A DNA stretch of 64,000 bases from a virus. A model generated the notes under the pieces. The model was not told the origin of the DNA and made no database searches. It was given only the letters and a program-made list of their open reading frames with translations. The stretch spans positions 1 through 64,000 of IMG/VR virus record IMGVR_UViG_3300031918_000005. One strand, 5' to 3'. Of this stretch, positions 57,423 to 64,000 are shown piece by piece. Within the stretch, counting starts at the first letter, position 1. Every line of letters starts with the position of its first letter. Both the position numbers and the translations under genes were made by a program.

Positions 57423-60188
57423 TCAATTCTTATTTGTTATTACAAGGGTTGGTTTTTCCAATTTTTCGACTTCTTCAGGATTGTCATGAAAATAATTAAC
57501 GACTTCTTCCCAATCTTTACGGTCAACAATTACATGTTCTGAATCAACACCAAGTTGTTGCTCTGTTGTTGAATGTCTGTGTAGGTAATTAAATCCTACT
57601 TGTTTTTTTAGTTTTCCCATTATAATTTTTGTTTTATATTAAATTCATCCTCAAAATAAATAAACTCACAATAACTATCATTTATAGAATCCTGAATAAA
57701 TGAATAAACATGCTCTGAACCAAATTTTATAAATCCTGATTTGATTGACTTATTATATAATATTGCTAATATTATACTAAAAAGATTTGTTATCTCATAG
57801 CTTATGACAAAATCAGGCATTTTGTCATAATTAACAATGTGTTCGAATGGTTTAACAACACTTTTTAATGGATCATCATAAAATCTGGAATCCAACAAAA
57901 CAATTCTTGAAGATAAACGAGTTGCGAGCCATAGTATTCTTTCATCGATATTATTGATATTATTGCTATATCTTTCAGGGTGTGTGCTAAATTCACCTGC
58001 AATAATATTCATTATTGTGTTGTAATAAAATTTATACATATCATCTATTACAAATTCTTCTTTTTTCTTCCTTTGAATTATGATTGAATGGATGGTGTTT
58101 TTACCTTCTGAACTTATTTTGAATCCAAAGATAGAATCACGCAATTCATTTTTTATACCAACGCTTTCTTGTAAACACATCTCAACATCTTTATATGTGT
58201 TTATTTGCATTGCTTTGATCGGCTTACGAGATGTATTATTAAACAATTTCTTTTGGTTATAATATTCATAGCCTAAATCATCGATAAATATATTGTCATC
58301 GAAAGAAGTTATAAAGCAATTTTTAACAACATCTTTGATCTTTAATGCCTCAAGATATAATTTATCAACATGTTTGTTCAACACACGGTTTACCAATGTT
58401 ATGTCTTGGTGTTTGTAAGTTATGTTGCCGTTTTTGATTCTAATTTTATAGCCCTTAATTAGCGGTTGAACATATAACGAACCATTAACAATATATTTCC
58501 ATTCTTGTAATGTCAAATCCGTGATGTTGATGTAATTATCAACTTTAATGTTACTTTTGTTCATATTGAATTTTTACTATGTTTTTGATTGGTATTATTT
58601 CATCTTTATAATATAAACCCTCTTGAAGGTCTGTAGTACTTGATTGGTCAAAAAGATTTCTTTGGACTTTTATCACATCGGACTTGGTTAAATAAAGCTC
58701 AACAACACAATAATTTTTACATTTAACCATTGGGTTTGTGATATAAAGAGAACCATATTCTTTCGAGCGTATCCCACTAGTGAATATCCTATTGATATAT
58801 TGTTTAGCTTTTAAAGGTAAAACAAGATAATATTGTTTTATACCTTTATCTTTTGGTAAGTGTAAATCATTCTCAATAATTTTATTCTTACCATCAAAAT
58901 AAAATATAAATTCTCTTCTGCTTTCATCAACCACCAATTGTGATTGGGTTGAGGCTTTCCTTTTGATTGTTGATATCGATAATTTACCACTTTTAAATTG
59001 TTCAAGTAATTCTTCAACTCTTTGATTTGTATTAAAAGAACATTGTATAGTTCTACCATTAATTTTATCAAGTAGAAGCTCAAATAAGTAAATTTGTTTT
59101 TCGGATGATGTGAAAACTCTTCCATCTTTTTTAAGAGTTGCCATATTAAATTGTATTAATTGGTTTCTATTTTATTAGAATAAATTATCAGTATAATCAA
59201 TTAATTTGTAAATTGAGGTTGTTGCCAGTCAATAAATCGCCATTTTTTGTAGCTAATTCATCGAAATACTTCTGCCAATCATTGGTTACACCGATTTTAA
59301 AATCATCAACAAAAGGTATTGGCGAGCAAACTATACCATCAATATAACTGAATTTTCCAAGAACTTCATTTTCTTCAAGTAAAACAAAGGTTTCTCCATT
59401 AAATTTCACAAATACTCCAGCAGTATCTCCATAAAATATTATATCAGAAATATCCAACACAAATGAAACACTTGGTGATTTTGAAATCAATATACCAACA
59501 TTACCAGCAAGTGTTCCACCAATTATATGCTGTTTTATTTCAGGTTGCCATACAAGAATATTTCTTTTTGTCAATTCTATGATTTCACCAATCTTTAAAA
59601 TCTGTTTTATTTTATTTTTCATTATCCAAATATGTATATATCAGTTAAAATTGTTAACATTTTTAAAATTCTGTGCCTTTTAAGATATGACACAGAAGAT
59701 TTGTTTATTACACACACATCAAGTTCATCTTCTCCGTATATCCTTATGAAAATGTTTGTACCCTTGATTGAAAATAAAGTGCCATCATCAGTGCCACAAA
59801 CAAACAAAAATTCTTGATATTTATCAATTTTTCTATAGTTTGTATTTTCTATGAGGTATTTGATTCTTTTGATGTATTCATCTTTATATTTTTCACATTG
59901 TTTGCTTTGATGGCTCGAAGCAGATGTTAAGAACTTTATATACTTCGGCTTGAGAATTTCCAAATTCTCAAGCTCTTCTTCTTTAATTATCAATTTAACA
60001 ACCAAACCATTTTCATCAGAGCAGTATAACCCGAAGCAAAATTCGTTCTCTATTTCTTTGATTTTGAAAGATATATGATAATTTTGATTATACATCAAAA
60101 CTGTGTTATTTTCTTGCTCAAAAAATGGAAGGAGTTGTTCGAAAAGTGATGTGTTTATATTTTGTAATGCCTTTATTATATTTTTCAT
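57423..60188 (-). other. Five hypothetical CDS (57423-57620, 57620-58564, 58551-59144, 59197-59622, 59622-60188)
   Basis: Overlapping or adjacent minus-strand ORFs upstream of primase. Confidence 0.55.
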
Positions 60189-60192
60189 ACCA

Positions 60193-60204
60193 TAAATAAT
60201 TAAA
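60193..60204 (+). promoter_or_regulatory. Candidate late promoter TAAATAATTAAA
   Basis: 25 nt upstream of the lone plus-strand gp25-like gene. Confidence 0.55.
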
Positions 60205-60229
60205 GCTTTGTTAATTAAATTATTATCAA

Positions 60230-60577
60230 ATGATAACTGTTGCTGATTTAGATATTTTGAATGATTCAGAATCTGATTTATCAGACCCTCTACACATTTA
60301 TATTCAAGAGATATTAATGGTACTCAATACGAGCAAGGATGAAATTCTTGGATGCCCAACAATGTCTTTAAATTTAGAAGAACTCGTGTACGATATGAAT
60401 TTAGATGAAAAAGCTATAAAAACCATGGTTACTGACAGGATAAGTCAATACACAAGTTTGTATTATTCTTTTGATACTCAAATAAATATAGCTTTTTCAA
60501 AGGGTACTGACAGAGATATTTGTGTCATAGACCTATCAATAGATTCAGAAACCAATTTCTCACTTATGATTAAATAA
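60230..60577 (+). CDS. Baseplate wedge protein gp25-like
   Basis: QEI..VL.T.K.E.LG.P.M..NLEEL.Y...I...I..Y. Confidence 0.7.
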   Translation: MITVADLDILNDSESDLSDPLHIYIQEILMVLNTSKDEILGCPTMSLNLEELVYDMNLDEKAIKTMVTDRISQYTSLYYSFDTQINIAFSKGTDRDICVIDLSIDSETNFSLMIK

Positions 60578-61277
60578 ATTCTTTGAAATTAACTTGGAAG
60601 TATTTATTAATCCAAAAAGAATCTATTATATCATCAATTGGTGTTAAAACCTCAAAAATTTCCTTACCATTTTTTATTTTTGGAGTTATAAGTTTATCAA
60701 CATTATCTTTAACAAACTTATAAAATTTTGTGTTTTTAGCGGAATCATCATCTGTGTTGATGAATGCTTTCAACATATCGTATTTGTCGAAATTACCTTT
60801 TCCAGCAAGCATTTTAATTTGTGGTCCAGTTACCAAAAATATGTTCTCAACACTGAAGTAATCGGAATTCAAAAGATACAGCTTAAGTGACATTGTATTT
60901 TCTACAAGCTGTATCAATGTATCAGAATTTGCCGAATAAGAATAATTTTCAAATATTAATATATTTTTGTTTGTTTTTAGTATATTTTTACATATAAATT
61001 CTTTAAGCTCTTTATTGTATATCAAACAATTTTGTATGTGTAATTTCTCCCATCCCGATAGACCACAAGCTTGAGATTTAACAGCAAGCATAGGTGAACG
61101 AAGATATTTTTCGATTTCCACAGCACCACCAATCGATTTCAAAGTTCCTTCTACACCATTTTTGTTTTTATATATATTAACAAAAGATAAGAACTTATAT
61201 ATTTTGGTATCACAATTGTATATTGTGATACCAGTACTGTTTAAACTATAGTCTATTGATACACAAACTGTTTCCAT
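60570..61277 (-). CDS. RuvC-like Holliday junction resolvase
   Basis: SIDYSLNSTG; IFENYSY; IK..AGKGN..K..M; PIDDIIDS. Confidence 0.8.
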   Translation of the reverse strand: METVCVSIDYSLNSTGITIYNCDTKIYKFLSFVNIYKNKNGVEGTLKSIGGAVEIEKYLRSPMLAVKSQACGLSGWEKLHIQNCLIYNKELKEFICKNILKTNKNILIFENYSYSANSDTLIQLVENTMSLKLYLLNSDYFSVENIFLVTGPQIKMLAGKGNFDKYDMLKAFINTDDDSAKNTKFYKFVKDNVDKLITPKIKNGKEIFEVLTPIDDIIDSFWINKYFQVNFKEFI

Positions 61278-61280
61278 ATA

Positions 61281-63998
61281 TTATTTTTGATAACTTTTTG
61301 TGAATGTTAAATCAAACGAGAATAAATCCTCAACACTTCTTTGTGCTATATCGATACCAATTTTCTTAGAATATGTGACATTACCAAGATTGCCTATACC
61401 ACCAATATTACCAGCTCCATCATCACCAGCTCCATAGTAATCTGTCATACGAGTTTGGAAAACAATAGGAATTTTAATCAAGGAATTATTCAATGTAAGA
61501 CCTTTGTTATACATTTGAGAACCAACATATAATGAACGATTTAATTGTGGAAATATCTTTAAATAAGCACCACATGTTTCAGCACCTATGAGGTACTTAT
61601 CAAATTCGGTAAACCCATGCTTGTGTGGTAATTGATCGAAATTTGTTACAACACCACTGCCAGTGTCAATTATAGCTTTTACTTTATAGTATTTTTGTTT
61701 ATAGTAATTTTGTTCTCCATATTGTTTTGATGCAAGACCTGTATGATAGAACATCGGATATATAAATTTGTCATTATATTTAAGGTATTTCGTCACAAAT
61801 CTACATGTACCGATAGTCATATCATATATTAAGTCATTACCTTCTTTAGCTGTTCTTATATTTCTATAATCATCAGCTTGGATTGAAATATCCGCATTAT
61901 TACCAAGTACAGGGTGATTTTTATGGATACAAAACGTTGTTGCATCACCACCACCGATTGGTAAAAATGAACCATCCCATTCACCATTCCATATAAAGTC
62001 TTCGCTCCCAACACCACCATCCAATTTTGGAAAATTATAATCATCACCAAGATTTATTACATCAGAAAGTGAATAATCAATATTTCTTTGATATAACAAT
62101 TGACCAAATGTTTGCATACTTGCATATTCAGACAATTCAAGATTTGGATTTGTATCTTTAAATGTTTTATAATCTGTATCTGAAGATTTATAACCACTGA
62201 AAGAAATCGGCGAACCAAAATATTTTCTGTATCTATCATATTCATCGCTGTTTCTTATATAGCCTGTGTATCCTTCAGTTGGAAGGAAGTTTGTGTAATA
62301 TCCTGGAACAAAACTCAACAATTTAGCATCATAATTTGTTTTATTGTTGATAACAAGATAATAAGTATCACTAATTATCTTTCCTTTCTTATCTGTCAAC
62401 TGTTCAACTTGGTCTTTATAATACGGAGCTTGTATTTGTAATGAAGATTCGTTTTCAATTGTGGTTACAATGTTTCCTTCAGAATCTTCAAGATATATAT
62501 CAAGAGTTCCTATTTGTGTTAAATAATTGTTTTTAATATCAGAAATATCATTTTTCATTTCTGCAACAACCTGTTGAACCGACATCCTTTTATTTTCGGG
62601 AGTAAAATACTCCATAGAAATATTTTTTGCAGAGTGATTAAAGTTTTGGTCTGCAGAAACTGTAGAATCTTTCAAGTGATCATACAAACCTATTGATGAC
62701 AATTCTTGATATAATGTTGATGTCAAATTATCTGTTGATACAGTTTGTGTTGTTGAAGTACCACTGCTTATAAGTTCTGTTGGGAAAGTAATTATAACAG
62801 ATTGTGACCAATCCGATGCTATGAGGTATTTTGGATATCCAACTTCAGATATTGAGCGTATGCGTATTTCTACTGTTTCATTTTCAGAAATTGGTATTTC
62901 TACTTCATTTACCGATATTTCATCTGCATTTGACTCAACTATATTTTGCCATTCAGATTTTCCAGTAGTTGAATCATATATTTTAAATCTTTGTGGTAAA
63001 TTGAGCAATTTATTCCAATCTGATGCAGTTGCGTTTACTTTATTACCATCTTTATCTGTATAAGTTGTTGATTGTGTATTTGTTGATGTTTTGTTAACGG
63101 TCAAATAACGATATTCACATTCAAATTTTATTATTCCTTGAGCACCAGTTTTTAATACAGAATCTGTATATACATCATCGGGTATATCAAAAAACCCACG
63201 TATTCTATATTTTGGTGTGAAAACACCACTATTATTTATAGTTGACATCAAATCAGCTACTACTGATGTGTAATTAGCTACTAAATTACTTCTCTTCGTA
63301 TATGCATCATTAATTTGTGATTCTATTTTACTTCGTGATACATCATATGTTTCAGAAAACAGTTGTGCCTTTAAATTAGTTATTGATGTATCTACAGAAG
63401 AAATTTGAGATTTGAGCTTTTCTTTTTCTGAATATTTTTCTGAAATATTACTTTCTAGTTGTTCTTTTTTATGTTTATTTATTATACTTACATTAAAATT
63501 ACCAACTAAAAGTGTTGGTGTATTTGGTGTTTTGGCATCATCAAGACTTATTGTATTGACTTGAGATAGATAATTAAATCCACTTTTTATATCTGTTATA
63601 TTACTTTCAAAATAGTCAGAGAAAGCAGTCTTATCCTTAACCAAAGTATTTGTTGAAACAAACTTTGATTCACCCCAATTTGTTGACACCAATGAATCAT
63701 TGGTGACGAGTTTTACAAACGGAGCAAAAATTTCATTAATATTAATAGGAACTTTGGCATATATATTCTCATCATATACACCAAGTATTGACAATGTTTC
63801 AACTCCAACTTTGATTGGGTCTAAACCTTCAACTCTTTGTACAGCAACTTCAAATGAATCATAGTTAATAAAAGTAACTTTGTAAACAGTTGCCTTGTTA
63901 CCACTAGTGTCATTAACAACAATTTTATCATCAACTTTCAAAGATTGTTGAGTGTTTGTATTGTTTTCTGTATAAGTTGTAACATTAAGTCTGTATAA
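61281..63998 (-). CDS. Large virion structural protein (baseplate/tail), 5'-truncated by window edge
   Basis: The frame stays open to the window end; coiled coil, PKYRIRGFF, FN3-like EIRIRSISEVG..SDWS. Confidence 0.6.
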   Translation of the reverse strand, partial: LYRLNVTTYTENNTNTQQSLKVDDKIVVNDTSGNKATVYKVTFINYDSFEVAVQRVEGLDPIKVGVETLSILGVYDENIYAKVPININEIFAPFVKLVTNDSLVSTNWGESKFVSTNTLVKDKTAFSDYFESNITDIKSGFNYLSQVNTISLDDAKTPNTPTLLVGNFNVSIINKHKKEQLESNISEKYSEKEKLKSQISSVDTSITNLKAQLFSETYDVSRSKIESQINDAYTKRSNLVANYTSVVADLMSTINNSGVFTPKYRIRGFFDIPDDVYTDSVLKTGAQGIIKFECEYRYLTVNKTSTNTQSTTYTDKDGNKVNATASDWNKLLNLPQRFKIYDSTTGKSEWQNIVESNADEISVNEVEIPISENETVEIRIRSISEVGYPKYLIASDWSQSVIITFPTELISSGTSTTQTVSTDNLTSTLYQELSSIGLYDHLKDSTVSADQNFNHSAKNISMEYFTPENKRMSVQQVVAEMKNDISDIKNNYLTQIGTLDIYLEDSEGNIVTTIENESSLQIQAPYYKDQVEQLTDKKGKIISDTYYLVINNKTNYDAKLLSFVPGYYTNFLPTEGYTGYIRNSDEYDRYRKYFGSPISFSGYKSSDTDYKTFKDTNPNLELSEYASMQTFGQLLYQRNIDYSLSDVINLGDDYNFPKLDGGVGSEDFIWNGEWDGSFLPIGGGDATTFCIHKNHPVLGNNADISIQADDYRNIRTAKEGNDLIYDMTIGTCRFVTKYLKYNDKFIYPMFYHTGLASKQYGEQNYYKQKYYKVKAIIDTGSGVVTNFDQLPHKHGFTEFDKYLIGAETCGAYLKIFPQLNRSLYVGSQMYNKGLTLNNSLIKIPIVFQTRMTDYYGAGDDGAGNIGGIGNLGNVTYSKKIGIDIAQRSVEDLFSFDLTFTKSYQK

Positions 63999-64000
63999 CA

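Noticed and set aside
57620-58564. RNA ligase 2-like nucleotidyltransferase
   Set aside because: The motif I position reads QPLIKG rather than EKxDG, and other motifs are not recognisable.
287-63063. Numerous short antisense or alternate-frame ORFs in the track (e.g. 287-646, 7280-7657, 40114-40572, 45677-46030, 62821-63063)
   Set aside because: They are shadows of well-supported genes, with skewed composition and no initiation context.
1-64000. Stop-codon reassignment (TAG to Gln as in Lak/crAss-like phages), prompted by in-frame continuations after TAG at 8533 and 13360
   Set aside because: All long structural and replication genes are uninterrupted under code 11, and other TAG stops are soon followed by further stops.

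Overview
This is a 64-kb, strongly AT-rich segment of a large T4-superfamily-like myophage (jumbo-phage style), read in the standard genetic code. The host is very likely in Bacteroidota: there is a T9SS C-terminal-domain protein, a FISUMP protein, Gln-starting mature secreted proteins, and A-rich start regions without Shine-Dalgarno sequences. Virion genes are scattered over both strands: a tail fibre with a GH33 sialidase domain, gp26/gp51-like hub proteins, a gp21-like protease-scaffold fusion, the major capsid protein, the tail sheath, gp5- and gp25-like proteins and two large structural proteins. They are interleaved with replication genes (clamp loader, primase, RuvC-like resolvase). A ~23-kb array of small accessory genes (4.7-27.3 kb) includes an HD hydrolase, a frameshifted acyl carrier protein, RtcB, a kinase-like and an ART-like protein, and AP2/HNH genes. 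The most notable signals are five: (1) five copies of a sigma54-type -24/-12 promoter (TTGGCAYGATTTTTGT) with TGACA/TGTCA clusters upstream, alongside two other candidate promoter classes; (2) a phage-encoded T9SS-cargo plus CTD-less FISUMP adhesin pair sharing a repeated module; (3) a tandem set of small proteins with an MKK(L/F)K(I/V)FE leader matching the inferred prohead-protease cleavage motif, which are candidate packaged and injected effectors; (4) a Mom-like DNA-modification enzyme plus an endonuclease fused to a Mom/GNAT-like domain; (5) candidate structured RNAs. All family calls come from motif recognition by eye; no database searches were run.
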